Assembly (NCBI GenBank): GCA_050084985.1
Contig: JBITNC010000001.1
Location: 144,584,001-144,648,000, forward strand
Direction of reading: 5' to 3'
DNA: 64,000 nt
Source: Nageia nagi
Taxonomy: Eukaryota; Plantae; Pinophyta
Below, piece after piece: positions 11,500 through 24,480 of this stretch. The notes under the pieces were generated by a model. The model was not told the DNA's origin, searched no databases, and was given only the letters and a program-made list of their open reading frames with translations. The stretch's first letter is position 1. Each line of letters starts with the position of its first letter. The translations under genes were made by a program, and so were the position numbers.

Positions 11500-12460
11500 C
11501 TTTATGTTACGTCACCTTTTTTCTTCCCGCTTTTGCCTGGGGGATCGTGTTTGGTCCATTGCCTGTGCTTTTCCATCTGTGTTACGGGGGTTCAATGCCT
11601 AATTCTCCTGCTGTTCTTCGTTTTGTTGTTGGTCCTGTTTTAGATTTCTCCCATTCCCTGCTTCAGAAGGCGAAGAATGCTGGTGTTACTTCTGTTCAGT
11701 CTGATGTTCCTTGTTCCCATCATTTTTCTGTTGGGTGGTTATTCGTTTTTTTCCAAAGACTGCTGATGATGATCTGTGTGCTCCTTATCAATCTGGGAAA
11801 AACCCGGTGTATTGACTTCATTGTGAGTCAGCTCCACTTTGTTCTTATCCGAGTTTTGATTATTTGCTTCATTTTTATCCTTACCCATGGAAAGGATGTG
11901 GGGCATTTCTTCCTTCACATGGCTATGAAGTGCTGCATTTTTTTTCCTTCCTACAAGGTGCCTCGTTCTTCTCCTGAGCAGTAAACAGGTTGTGAGGATC
12001 TGTTCATTATGATCTTTCCCCTGTTACACGTTTTGGACAGCATTTTGAACATGCCCTTGTTGTTGGCATTTATAGCATATTAATGTGTGATTTTCATATT
12101 CAATAGCTTGAACCCATGTCCTTTAGGGTGAAGTTAGTGTGATTGTACTTGGCCAAAACGTAGATGTCTTCATCCATACCTTGATTCTTGTTGTTGGCAT
12201 TTATAGCATCTTAATGTGTGATTTTCATATTCAATAGCTTGAAACCATGTCCTCTAGGGTGAAGTTAGTGTGATTGTACTTGGCCAAAACGTAGATGTCT
12301 TCATCCATACCTTGATTCTTGCCTTGGTCAGATCCTGCTTCTTCTCTATATTCTCCCGTGTGATTTCATCTACATCTATATATTGTCTTATGGCATTTGC
12401 AATCTGGCTGTGATGCTCCAAAATTTCATTGGAAGCCCGTAAAGGTTAATCCTCACCGGG
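11500..12460 (-). mobile_element. LINE ORF1 remnant (DUF4283/zf-CCHC_4 region) with an internal 131-bp tandem duplication
   Basis: GLPMKFW...QIANAIRQYIDVDEIT...ARIKVWM...QAIEYENHTLxCYKCQQQGH. Duplicated unit starts at about 12060 and 12191. Confidence 0.7.
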
Positions 12461-13109
12461 TCCATAAAATTTTAAATTGTATTTTTTATTTCTTTTTTAA
12501 ATATTCATTATTGTATTTTAAAAAAATCAAGAATTTATAATGTATTCAAAGTTTTGTTTTAGAAAACTTTATTTTAAATTTTAAAACCTTTTAGATTTTA
12601 TTTAAAAGTTCTACCATTTTAAATTTTATTTTATAATATTTTGTATAATAAGTTTTATTTTGCAATAATTGTTGTGATAAGAAAAAAATTACGTATAAAT
12701 TTTACTCAATTTTTATTTCAGTTTTTTATTTCTTTTTAAAGGGGTAAAAATATTAAAATATTTTTAAAGCTATTTTGTTAATCAATTTATATGGGCAATT
12801 TGTTATTATGTAAAGAAGATAATTATCGTTCATGTCAAAATTTTAACCTTTTTTTAAGCTTTAAAATTTTATTTTCTAAGGCTTAAAATTCAAGTATTAG
12901 AGGTAATTTTTTAAAGATATTTTTCAAGTCAAACTTTATCAAAATTCAGGGTTTTATGAACTTTGGATCTCTTTATTTTGTGTTTTGTTATTTGTCCATT
13001 TCATGTGTAATTTTAGTCAATTTATTTTTGAGTTTCTTTTTGTCTGCGTTTTGTTGATTTTTTCAGAGTTGTTTTTGCTGCACCCAAGTCCGAATCATGA
13101 GTTGGCCTC

Positions 13110-13500
13110 AAGTTTGCTTTTCTCTACTATGGTTTGATTTATTGGAGTTCCACAAAACAATACACGGTTGCATTATCATCAATAGAAGTAGAATAGGCAA
13201 CACTTGCACTAACTTGTACTCCAGGAGTATGGCTAAGAAGAATTCTACAAGTCTTCGGTGAGGATCAACGTGAGCAACTCAAATTTTGTGTGAGAATATT
13301 GGGGCAATTCAATTTTCCGAGAATCCTGTTTTCCATGCAAGAACCAAGCACATAGAACTCAAACATCACTTTATTAGAGATTTGGTGAATGAGAAGCAAA
13401 TTGTTGTTGAGTATCTCAAGACAAAAAATCAAGTGGTAGACATCTTAACGGAAGGCTTGTTGAAGCAAACACATGCAAGACCCAAGGAAGAGTTTTAGAG
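13110..13500 (+). mobile_element. Ty1/Copia RNase H remnant
   Basis: WSSTKQYTVALSSIEVE...ENPVFHARTKHIELKHHFIRDLV. Confidence 0.85.
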
Positions 13501-14185
13501 AAGTTTGACGCTTGATGACATCTCTACCTATGTACACCTTATTAAGAAGGTCTCTTGGAATCACAATTCTCATATGACCTCAGGAACTTTGTGCTTGGAT
13601 ATACTTCTCAGGATTTCGAATCTGTGGTATTAAGAGAGCTGGTTGTAGCAGTGATGAGATCTCTCATGTATGTACATTTTCTAAGAATTTTGGCAGTTGT
13701 AACTTTGTACCTTGTCTTGGTTACATGCTTGCTCGATCAAGAGATTTATAGACTTAGTGAGAAGCCAAATATGATTTGGATATTCTAGTTATTTGTATGT
13801 CTCATTCTGGAAATTTCAAGTTCAATTGCACTGATAGGTGCAACACCCAAATGCTTTGGTTTCCATGGTGATGGATCTAGTCTGCATGTGTTAAGAATGG
13901 TGAAATGTGAAGAAGTAATCAACAATTTGTTGTTTTTAAGTCATTGCATTGGTAGTTTTTGAAATGTTGTAAGACTATATACTTATTATAATATGCTCAG
14001 GGTGATTATAAGCTCAGTTACATGATGGTAAGGTGTAGATTCAATGATGCAATGTAGAAACCAATATTTAACTATAGACTATGGAGATTTTGTGTTTACT
14101 GATTGTTGGTACTCTTTGCACAGAAGGATATTTCTGGATGAAATTCCTGTAGTGCATAATTTATTTTGTTGCCATTTTCTTGCAG

Positions 14186-14396
14186 GGATAGAATGACTTC
14201 TCTAATTCGGGAGGCAATACACATTCGCTATTCATTGCTTCCATATTATTACACAATGTTTAGAGATGCTAGTGTCACTGGACTTCCAGTCATGCGTCCA
14301 TTGTGGATGGAGTTCCCAAGTGATGAATTGACATTTTCTAATGACGAGGCATTCATGGTTGGAGGCAGTCTATTGGTGCATGGGATTTACAATGAG
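14186..14396 (+). CDS. RSW3: ER glucosidase II alpha subunit (GH31), third-last coding exon
   Basis: Acceptor tgcag| and donor |gtggtt. Encodes DRMTSLIREAIHIRYSLLPYYYTMFRDASVTGLPVMRPLWMEFPSDELTFSNDEAFMVG, matching the plant glucosidase II alpha (RSW3/PSL5; GANAB) C-terminal region. Confidence 0.93.
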
Positions 14397-14490
14397 GTGG
14401 TTCAACTTTTAGTATATAGTTTCTACTTTTCATTTCTTAAATTCGAATTTGGAGACTTCTATAACCAGCATTCATCTTCCATCATTACAG

Positions 14491-14697
14491 GGAGCTACTT
14501 CTGTCTCGGTGTACTTGCCAGGTTCACAATATTGGTATGACTTGAAAACTGGAGCTGTTTATACTGGAGGTGAACACTATAAGTTGGATGTGACTGATGA
14601 GAGTATACCTGCTTTTCAACGAGGTGGCACCATTATTCCTCGGAAGGAGAGGTTTCGCCGCAGCACCACACAAATGGCCAGAGATCCATATACCCTG
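14491..14697 (+). CDS. RSW3: ER glucosidase II alpha subunit, penultimate coding exon
   Basis: ttacag|GGAGCT...ACCCTG|gtac, phase consistent with neighbours. Encodes SVYLPGSQYWYDLKTG...SIPAFQRGGTIIPRKERFRRSTTQMARDPYTL. Confidence 0.93.
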
Positions 14698-15603
14698 GTA
14701 CTCAACTAACAATTTTGTTATTTATTTGTTTCATGTCTTTTGATTTTCTTTTGTTATTGCATTATATGATTATTAGAATGTATTGGAAATGATGTCTGGT
14801 TTGGCATCCTAAGAATATGCCTAGCAAGTAAAAAGGGATTGATCTAATAAGGCTACTAGTGAATGCAACAATGGCCACTTGAACCTTGACCTTTTATTTA
14901 AGTGGTTCTCAGTTTTCCTGAAGCATTGTTTTGTTTTTGTTTATGACAAACTGCAACTCCTTGAAGTGGTACTTGCACACAAGAATTAGTAAAAGCATAG
15001 GCTATCTGGTGGGATGCTGTTTCCATCGATAGCTTGTTACTATTTAGATATGTAGCAGCTGCATGTCCAATATGCTGTGAAGAATTCTCACATGATTCTG
15101 CTTTCCATTGGCAGTTTGTTACTGTATTAATATGTAACATCTGCTTGTCCAATAGGCTGCTGTAAATAACTTCTGTGATTCTCAGTGTTGCATGATACAG
15201 CTAATGCACTCTCTGGCTTTATTTTGTAGATACTCATCTATCATAAACAGAAATATGACCACTTATAATACCTATTGAAGCTGCACATGTCCTTGCAGGC
15301 TGCCTGAATCTATTGGCATTATTAGTTTTGACTATTGATTTGAAACATTAAACATCTTTTCAGAGGAGGGGGGATGAATTATTGAGAAGCATCCAACCAG
15401 GCTCATCTAAGTGATCTGTGAAAGTTCTAACTTACTAAAAAACTTCTCCGCAACAGTTTCAGATGTGATTTGTAAGTTTCTCAAGTCCGAACTAGGACAT
15501 TAAAAGAACTGAATTACCACTAAAAACTCAATCGTTTGCATACAATATTGAGATGAATTGAAAGAAGAATGCACATGTAGGAAGTAAAAAATGTAATGCT
15601 AAT

Positions 15604-17391
15604 AATAGTTGTCAGCCTTGGACTCGGCGCAGATTCGCTGAGGACCACTCGGGCTCGGATTCGGGATTCGGGAAAAAACCATGATCGGACTTGGCAAAAG
15701 AAAAAACGAAAAACAAATTCACTGAAAACATAAGTTTTTTCAATTGCATATTACTTATTACTGTTATTAGTGTCTTCTAGAAGCCTACTTACTCAACATC
15801 AACATTATACAATTTATAATATACATAATTGTTAGGAGATGAAGTCAATATCAAATGTTTGATGTTCTTTTGCATGATGGTGCATGGATGTGGTAGTATG
15901 CCGATGCATTACTTACACAACATCAACATTATACAGTTTACAATATACACAATTGTTAGGAGGTGAAGTCAATATCTAGATCTTTGATGTTCTTTTGCAT
16001 GATGGTGCATGGGTATGGAAGTATGGTGGTGCATGATGGTACACCCCTTAACGAGCCTCCTTCAAGCTAGATGCACCTGTTTTGTTGGTACGTGGGGGTC
16101 CTGCCCCGAGCCAAATTGTTTCCTGCCCTTGCAACTATTTTTTCATATTTCCTTTTGTTATATTTTCAAGTTGTTTTTTTACTGAATCTGGCAAGTCCAG
16201 ACGTCAAAACTCGCTAGGACTCTTCGGACTCGCCAGATTCATTGGGTCTCGATGAGTTGGAGACGTCCATACTCGCCAAAGCCCATTCGGGACTTGGATT
16301 TGCGATTCCTGACAAGTGCAAAATTTTTCCCGTCTGTACAACTATTTTTTCAGATTTTTGCTATTTTATTACGTTTTTCAAGTTTTTTTAATACTGAATC
16401 TGGCGAGTCCGGATGGCAAAACGCGTTGGGACTTGGACTCGCCAAACTTGTTTGATTCATCATGACTCGTTGAGTCCGAGCCGTCCAGACTCGCCAAAGC
16501 CCAGTTGGGACTCACACTGGCGAGTCCATTAAAAACTTCCTTGGGAAAAAGACATCAGGGACTGTATGAGCTAAAATCCACATTTTGCATCAAGAAAGCT
16601 TCAATACCGTAACGGCCATGGTCAACTGAATTTAGTTTCCTCCTACACCTCAGAAAACCACTTCCCATCCTTTGATGTTGCCTTGCAGTGCTGCTCTGTT
16701 ACCCTCTTGCGTAACATGAAGTTCCAAAATGTGTCGATGGGTGATACCTGATTTAACTGGGTTGAAGACATGGATTCAATGTGGAATGGCTTCCATTTTC
16801 CTAGTTCCCAGCCTAGTTGACCATATATCCATTATTAATGGCCATCTCCATCAGTTCTGAGGTGGGGTGCAAACCACACGCATTTCCTCCTGTCAGCAAG
16901 TTTAGTCGGCATGGTGACACTGGTTCAAGGAACCCATATTGGGTCCTGGTTGGGTGGATGGAAAGTTGCTTATGAACAGAGATGGAGATTTTGAAGGTTT
17001 GTTTCTTTCTGAAAAACGTTTAAGTTGGAAAAATAAACTAATTATAACTATATAGACATTTTAGTAAAATATTTGTAAAAGAAAAAAATACGGTAACATT
17101 TTAAGTGTATATCATAAATTTAATAATGGCATTTTTAATACTTAGATATTTGAAACGAACAATTGATCATATATTCTTCTATAAAACATTTAATAGTATA
17201 CAAATTCTCCTAATATTCGCGAATTTGCCAAATATTTGTGAATTTTCAGGCGCTTCGAACTTTACCGAATTTTAAAAGTTCTTGCCTTCTATAATATTTT
17301 TGGTGTTTTTTACCTGAAATTCTTTACTTTTCCTGAATTTTTCCAAATTTTAAAATTTGGTCCCTAGCCGAATCCGAATTAATAAACTATG
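15604..17391. mobile_element. hAT-like non-autonomous element(s) in the glucosidase intron
   Basis: Many GACTCG/CGAGTC subterminal motifs. Imperfect termini AATAGTT...GGACTCGGC / GCCGAATCC...AACTATG. Internal direct repeats (about 15792-15910 vs 15917-16030; about 16170-16290 vs 16380-16510). No clear TSD. Confidence 0.45.
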
Positions 17392-17409
17392 AATGAGAAC
17401 GTATAACAT

Positions 17410-18451
17410 GGATTTACTGAGTAATTATGGAGGTTTATTTGATGATAGAAGAAGTACAACAGAGAATTGTTTCACATTGGGAAATGGAATGACTACATGG
17501 TTTTCAAAGAAACAAGCAATAGTGGGAACAAGAACAATAGAGGTTAAATATAGGACATTGGCAAATGCTTGTACACAATGCATATGGCTCATAAGAGATG
17601 GAATAAATAGGTGGAGAGCAAAAAAATGCAACAATACTTTATTGTGAAAATACAAGGTCAAGTTCATCATCAAACAGTCTGGTTGTTCATAATAGAACAA
17701 AGCACATTGACATAAGGTAGTACTACATAAGATAATGTGTTCAAGAAAAGAAGGTAAATATTCAATTTGTAGAAGTTCTGATTAGGTAACTGATATTTTC
17801 ACAAACGCATTAGGAAGAGAATCATTTTGCAAATTGAAGGAACGATTATGAGTTGTGAAATTTAGCAACAAAGGGGAGATTGTTCAGTGTATGTTGCTCA
17901 TTTCACGTATGATATTCAGAACTGCCTGTAATTAACTAAAATATTTCACAAAGGCTTACTGGAATGTACAAATTAATTACAAGTTTCAAATTGATTTGAC
18001 ACTCAAGCAAAAAGGCCCAAGGTCTTACAGTTCTGTATAGGTGATTTGCCGCTCTATAGGCATTTTTGCATGGATTCATTTTGAGTAAAGTTTGACTTTT
18101 CAAGCCATTTCAACTCTTAAGTAAACTCTGACAATGTTCTAGAATGTTAGTAGAAGAAAAAAGCTTATAAAATTGGCCCAAAACTAGTTCATTTTATAAA
18201 GTATAGAAGTGTGTAGAAACAGTTGTAGATTATTTGGTTTAGAAGCGATGTCAAATTGTGATTGACTGATAAAATGGAAATCTAATTGAGGATCTATGTT
18301 GTAGTGTTGGTGGTGAGATTAGAGGTTCAAATCCCTTACGTATCTTGATGTTAATTTCAGAATACAGTCATTAAAATAATGTTGAATATAAATGTTATTG
18401 CTTGTTAATGTTCCTTGGGAAATTTGAATGAGTTATTGTAAATTCATATCA
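17410..18451 (+). mobile_element. Truncated Copia: RNase H remnant, PPT and probable 3' LTR
   Basis: DDRRSTT...LGNGMTTWFSKKQAIV...EVKYR. PPT AAAGGGGAGAT directly followed by TGTT at 17881. LTR end uncertain. Confidence 0.65.
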
Positions 18452-18904
18452 ATGCTCGATAATTCTTTTCAGGTGGATCTAGACATGGATGCTTAACCAA
18501 TTTTTTTCTCATGGCTTTCATGGAAAGAATTAGAAATGGCTTCGACATAATTCACATTTATGTGAATGTAGAATGAAGTCTAAACTATATTTGACTTTGT
18601 ATCATTTAGAACTCACAAATCAACTTTACATCATGTATTTTTAAATTTTGTATCTTGAAACGTTGGGTAAATTGTTTACTGTTCTTAATTTTTATTCATA
18701 TAAAGATACTTGATCTAGCCTTTACCAATTGCTAATGGTGGTTTATAGCACTTGCGTGCTTATGCTACTTTATATTTTTTGGTGAAATATTGTATAATAT
18801 ATCAGATGATAAAAGGACGGATTCTAATGTTTTTGTTAAAGGTGGGTTCAATATAGTGCACTCATACAAGGATTTTTTGTTGCTTGATGTTGTTTTGGTA
18901 TCTA

Positions 18905-19419
18905 TTGGCCGGAGTGGATCGGGCCCAAGCTCCCGGTGTCCAGAGTTTTCCCGGAGTGGCTGAGAAAAATTGCACATGATTTTTTTTTCAAAAAAGGGTC
19001 AAAACTTAAAATAAAAAACATATTTGGATACTTGATAGTTATGGTTTTGCTATTTTTGGCCTTTGGCATTTTGCTACTATGATATTATGACTCATTTTGA
19101 TATTATGACATTATGTACTACACTAATTCAGACTTGTTTGTGATTTAATGACATTATGGCTTGTTTTGATTTTTCATTTTTGTTTTTCAGATTCATACTT
19201 GATTAATATTATGATATTATCATTATGTTTTATAATTTAAATTCATATTTGATAGTAAAAATGAATTAGAAACAATGAACATGAAAAAATCTAAAAATCC
19301 TAGGGATTTTCTACTAGCCGCTCCGCCTGCTGAACCGGAGCCGCTCCCTAAAAATAACCATCTGCCGCTCCAGACTTCTGGAGCGTGCTCCGCCGCTTCC
19401 GACTCACCATGGAACCTTG
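18905..19419. mobile_element. Partial hAT-like MITE
   Basis: 3' end CCATGGAACCTTG resembles the TIR at 6135-6147. CCGCTCC/GGAG repeats on both sides. Left TIR and TSD not found. Confidence 0.5.
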
Positions 19420-20048
19420 GTATTTTTATGATTCTCTTACTGTTTTGTGTATAGTGATAAGCTATAGTTCTTATGCTAAATAGAGTGCAATAAATCCGTG
19501 GTGATCAGAGAGCATAAATTGTGTCATTCTCTCATTCATTTAATTTGTAACTTTTTTGTAAACTACTATTGATGTATTTGACTGTGATCACTTGGTTGTG
19601 TTCTATAGATTAGGAATATAAATGAAATGGTAGCAGGGTACCTTTTTCAGTGGATATGTCCTTGGTTTGGTTTTGAAGGAAACCTTAAATCTTATTTAGT
19701 TACATTTTTGTTGATTATTGGGAAACTTGCATTGTTTGGGTGTGTGTGTGTGCACTGTTCGTCTATTTTAGTATGCATTTGGATGATCTATACATTCATG
19801 TTCGTAACATGCAATTCAATTGTTTGTTCAGGCTCAAGTGGTCAGATTGTGTTTTCAAGACATTCCTTTTTACTAGATTTGTCTGTATAATAATTTTACC
19901 ACTTCCGAGAGATTTTTCAAGCAGTGAGATTCATGGATTCTAATTCAAGAAATATTGAGAAATTGAATTGACTTGAGTTACATGTGGAGTTGTCATTAAA
20001 TCTTTGCTCATTGATGACTGACATGTTCTGTTCTATGATTCCTTTCAG

Positions 20049-20426
20049 GTGATAGCATTAAATCGCTCACTGGAGGCTGAAGGTGAGCTATATGTGGACG
20101 ATGGGAAAACTTTTGATTATGAAAAGGGGGCATATATTCATCGTCGGTTTGTCTTTTCTAATGGTAGACTTACCTCCACAAACCTTGCATCTGGTAATGA
20201 CCAAAAGATATTTTCTTCAAACTGTATTGTAGAGAGAATCATACTTCTAGGGCTACAGTCAAAAATTTCATCAGGGGGAACAACTGCTCTTGTTGAACCA
20301 TCAAATCAAAGAGTTGATATTGAATCTGGCCCTCTTAGGCTACGTCCAGGATCATATCCTAGTGCAGTCATTGTGAGGAAACCAAATGTTTTGATTGATG
20401 AGGATTGGTCAATTAAAATAATGTAG
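20049..20426 (+). CDS. RSW3: ER glucosidase II alpha subunit, last coding exon
   Basis: tttcag|GTGATAGCA. Encodes VIALNRSLEAEGELYVDDGKTFDYEKGAYIHRRFVFS...IVRKPNVLIDEDWSIKIM*. Confidence 0.93.
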   Translation: MIALNRSLEAEGELYVDDGKTFDYEKGAYIHRRFVFSNGRLTSTNLASGNDQKIFSSNCIVERIILLGLQSKISSGGTTALVEPSNQRVDIESGPLRLRPGSYPSAVIVRKPNVLIDEDWSIKIM

Positions 20427-22021
20427 ACCAGTTGTTATAGGCATGGATAAAAAGTTTTTGCTGGAATATGCTAGTCTAAAATTCTTCATGATTCCAGTGC
20501 AGAATTTTTCTTGTACGGCTTAATGAAAGTTTTATTAACATTTTTGAGAAAGGGACAATGCAAAAAGTTGGTCCATGATATTTATATATTCGGAAGTGGA
20601 TGGAAAGGGTAGAATTTGCTGTCTTCCTTCTTGTCTTATTTTGTAATGTAGTGTTTGCAAGGGGTAGGATTTGTCGGTTCCTTTTTGTTATTTTTATTTT
20701 ATATGAGTTTTGGTAGGCATTTGAATCATTGCACTGCAAATTGGACCTAGTATTTTATTTCAGGAATATATATCTATATAATTAGAACAAGGGATAGTGA
20801 TGAATTGTCAGATCTTACATACAAGGGATTCGATATGGGTTTTGGATCACTGCAAACATGATGGTATGATTCATCGATTTCAGTTATGATTCATATATAT
20901 TAAATTGCCACATTCTGTTCCTCCCTGCCCGGTCACTTGAATGAAATTCAGTATACTGCATGTTATTATACATCAGGCAAGACTCAAGAGGGGTCCCTGA
21001 GAGCAGTAAGCTACTCTTTTTCAATTTATTTTAGTTCTGATGCATATTCATTTTATTATCGCATTCTGTTCATCCCTGCCCAGTTACTTGAGAGGACACA
21101 AATTACAGAAATTACCTTTGCATTGTGGATCTTATCGCATTCTGTTCATCCCTTCCAAGTTATTGTATGCTAGGCTAAAGGTGTCGCTGAGAACAGTGAG
21201 GTATTCTTTCCAAAACAAAGATCTGGCACACAATATCCAGTGGAAAACTATGCACACTCTTTAGATATACACAAGTATATGAGAAAGGAAATTTTTAATC
21301 AGCAAGAATAGCAGTTCACAATTGCATCATGCGAAGAGAAAAGGTTGGGAGGCATTTTGAACAGCTTTGTGATAGCACAAGTTATTGCAAATATTAATAA
21401 CATTCTGGAGCCCTAGGCTACATATATTAAAGGTGAATCTGTACTAGAAATAAGCATCATAAAGGGACACCTTAAATGACTCTAGAATGTGAATCTTTTG
21501 CATACAGTTACAGTAACGAACAATTGCAAAGAGTTAATTAAAACATTATTTCTGCAGAGAAAAACACGACTTATTCAAAAAATAAATTATTTTTGTATCT
21601 GAATATATGGTAAGCTGTTCATTGAAATACATAATACCAGTTTAACTCACGAAGAAATGCTTAACGTTAAATAATTTGAACATCATCTTTGTCATAATTG
21701 AATTACATGATCTGAGCATCATTTTGCATCTACGTTTTTTAAAGTTTTTTTTTACGCAAACGAAAATAATCAATAATTTATCATACTTCCAATTAAAATA
21801 TTCTATATAACAATTTATTGGTGACTTACGAACATTGCCACCTACAAACATCTAATTGTGTTGTGAGGTTTTGTGGTATTTGAAGGAAAGTTTTGTGACG
21901 TTTTGTGGTATTTTGCTTTGGTAAATCTTTATATTTATTGCTGTTCCTGTTCCTGATTCTCTGTAATATAGCACCTACATTAAACTGGAAGAAAGATTAT
22001 TTAGCCATTTTAAATTTGGAT

Positions 22022-22760
22022 CATAGAATAAAAAAAAACATCGTTTTTGTTGTTTTTTCAAAAAATTCACATTTTCTTTCAAAAAACATCAAAAATGTTA
22101 TTTTTTACTTAGCAAAAAACGGTTCAGGGTTATTTCTAAGGATTGGCCTCAAAAAAAACTTGGAGAAAATAAGGTAAATCAGTTTCAAAATTTAGGTGAA
22201 AAAATAGTCTTTAAAATAAAAGTTATAAGTGAATACATACCATATACATACTATATGTTGATGTTTTGACAATTAGATACATAAAATTAATATTTTCTTG
22301 TAATTTTAGGGCAAATGATCCCCTTTTCAGGGTTTCAAATAATAGCCAATTTGAAAATCTTAAAATCTTAATTTTCGCTTATTAGCAAAGATTAACCACT
22401 AAGAAAAACATTGAAAAGGTTGTTTAAATGGGCAAGAAATATTGAAAACGTGGCTGTTTTTTCCATATTTGTTTTACTTACCATATTTAACATTTAAATG
22501 ATAAAAAAACAGAAAAAACATGCATACAAACCTTGTTGTACTTATTGTACTTACCGTTTTTTGGTTGTTTCTTTCATTTTTTTGCTGTTTTTTTGTGTCA
22601 TGATTTTTTTTGTTTAATATTTTTTAGCATTTTTTCCATATTTAAGAATTTTAAAATCCGTAAATTTTTGCCGTATTCACCATAGTTTGACTTTTTTTTG
22701 CCATTTTTTACGTATTCGACCTCGAGTCGTATTTTCAAAAAATCATTTTTTTATTCTATG
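22022..22760. mobile_element. hAT-type MITE
   Basis: TIR CATAGAATAAAAAAA / TTTTTTTATTCTATG. 8-bp TSD ATTTGGAT / ATTTGAAT. Confidence 0.8.
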
Positions 22761-24289
22761 ATTTGAATAGCTATCACCTTAGATGAAGACTTTGATAAAA
22801 GCTCTTTGAATAAGTCAACAATCACTCTGTTGTCTTCCAATCATGTTAGAATTCTGAAATGGAAGATAGATACACATCAAATAAGCTTTGATCAAATAAT
22901 TTAGACTTCCTACAATCTCATTTTCATTGGCTCTCATCCACCTTATCACTTTAGCCATAAAGTAGGAATCCATTTTATAGTTCAATAAATCTTGAGCATA
23001 ATTTAAGAATAATGCGTCTATTAAGAACAATGTAATATTCAAAGATTCATTTCAAAAGTCCTCTTGAATCTTTCCTAGATGCCTTGAATGTTTAAGGGAG
23101 TTTTTCTTGTAATAATTTATATTGAATTTGTCCTAAATGCCTTAATGTCTATTGGAGTTTTTCATATAATACAAGTATTTAGATAGGTATATAGATTTGT
23201 CTTTTAATGTCCTTTTAAATCCATTGGTTTGTAGGACCTATCAATGTTTGTAGGACCTTTCTGTGTAGAACACAAATCCCTTGGTTCTCATGGTCTTATT
23301 AGACCCTTTTGAATTGCATCCTCTATATATTCTCAAACCCCATATTTTTCATAGTATTAAATGTGGCTTGTGATATTTTAAGCTTGTTAAGAAATTTTAA
23401 GTTATTAAAGCTATGAGATTTGAGAACACACAAATATTCAACAATTTTGTATTTTTTTCAATAGTTTTGACTCAATTCGATAGGGTTTTATGTTTTGATT
23501 TTTGGCATTTAATATCTTCTATTGTAATTTTAATTAGGATCAAAATTTTGCATTAGATTTTATTAAATAGAAGTTACTACAAAAGGAAAAGGAAGAAGAA
23601 ACATTTTAGATTTTTTTTTTTACAATTTTTTTTGGATATATGACAGGAGATTTGTTTTTGTAAGAATAGTGTGTATTTAGTAATACAAAGAATCTGCTTT
23701 GTAGGTCTTTTGGTTTATTTCATGTGCATGTATTTTGGGTTTGAATGGAACTTGTTTGAGATTTGATCGTGATTGAATAGCTTTTTCTTCTATATCTGTT
23801 AGAGAGGTACATCTTACATCTTATGCAACAATGATTAATATTCTAAAGTTTAAAATCATTTGCTTATTTTACTTTTATATTACGCACCTAATCATTCAAA
23901 TACTTATTTGCTATATATATTTACTTTTGAACTTATTCACTTCTGTAGCTGGTACACTTTTCCTAGTAGCCCGTTTTGCTGACTATTTTTGTAGAGCTTT
24001 CTCAGTTGTCCATTTCTTTGCTAGGGCATCGCCAACGTGTTGTTCGTAATGCCTATTATTTCCCAACCAATGTTGTGGCTGCAATATAGGTAGAAAAAGC
24101 CCACCAGCTAGTAACAATAATTTGTTATGTTGTGTTGATGGTTAGTTGTGCTTAACAATCTCCATATGCGATGGAAGCGAATGTATTGAATATAACCTTA
24201 TAAAAGATGCAAGGATCTACGCATCATGTTCCTGAAACAAGCCTTTCAACTAAACTTGTCAATGCATTGATGGAAAATTTTGGTTGTTT

Positions 24290-24480
24290 GTAGAAGCTCC
24301 ATTGCATCTTCGACAAAGTGTTCAGGCATAGATGCAATTTCCATCAGACATTCAACCGGTAAAGACATTCTGAAATTACCTAGAAGACTAAACATCCATA
24401 CCAACCTTGAAAACTTGTAAAAGTTCAAAGTTTGCTGAAGAAGATGCTCGTTCATGCGTAAATGAGCTTCGTAAAAAAAA
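24290..24480 (-). pseudogene. UFD2: Fragment of ubiquitin conjugation factor E4 (UFD2/UBE4, U-box family)
   Basis: YEAHLRMNEHLLQQTLNFY..LVWMFSLLGNFRMSLPVECLMEIASMPEHFVEDAMELL versus plant UFD2 LQRALSFYRLMVVWLVGLVGGFKMPLP..CPMEF..MPEHFVEDAMELL. Confidence 0.8.

Noticed and set aside
11547-11984. 145-aa hydrophobic plus-strand ORF
   Set aside because: It is the antisense shadow of the A-rich LINE ORF1 remnant and has no recognisable domain.
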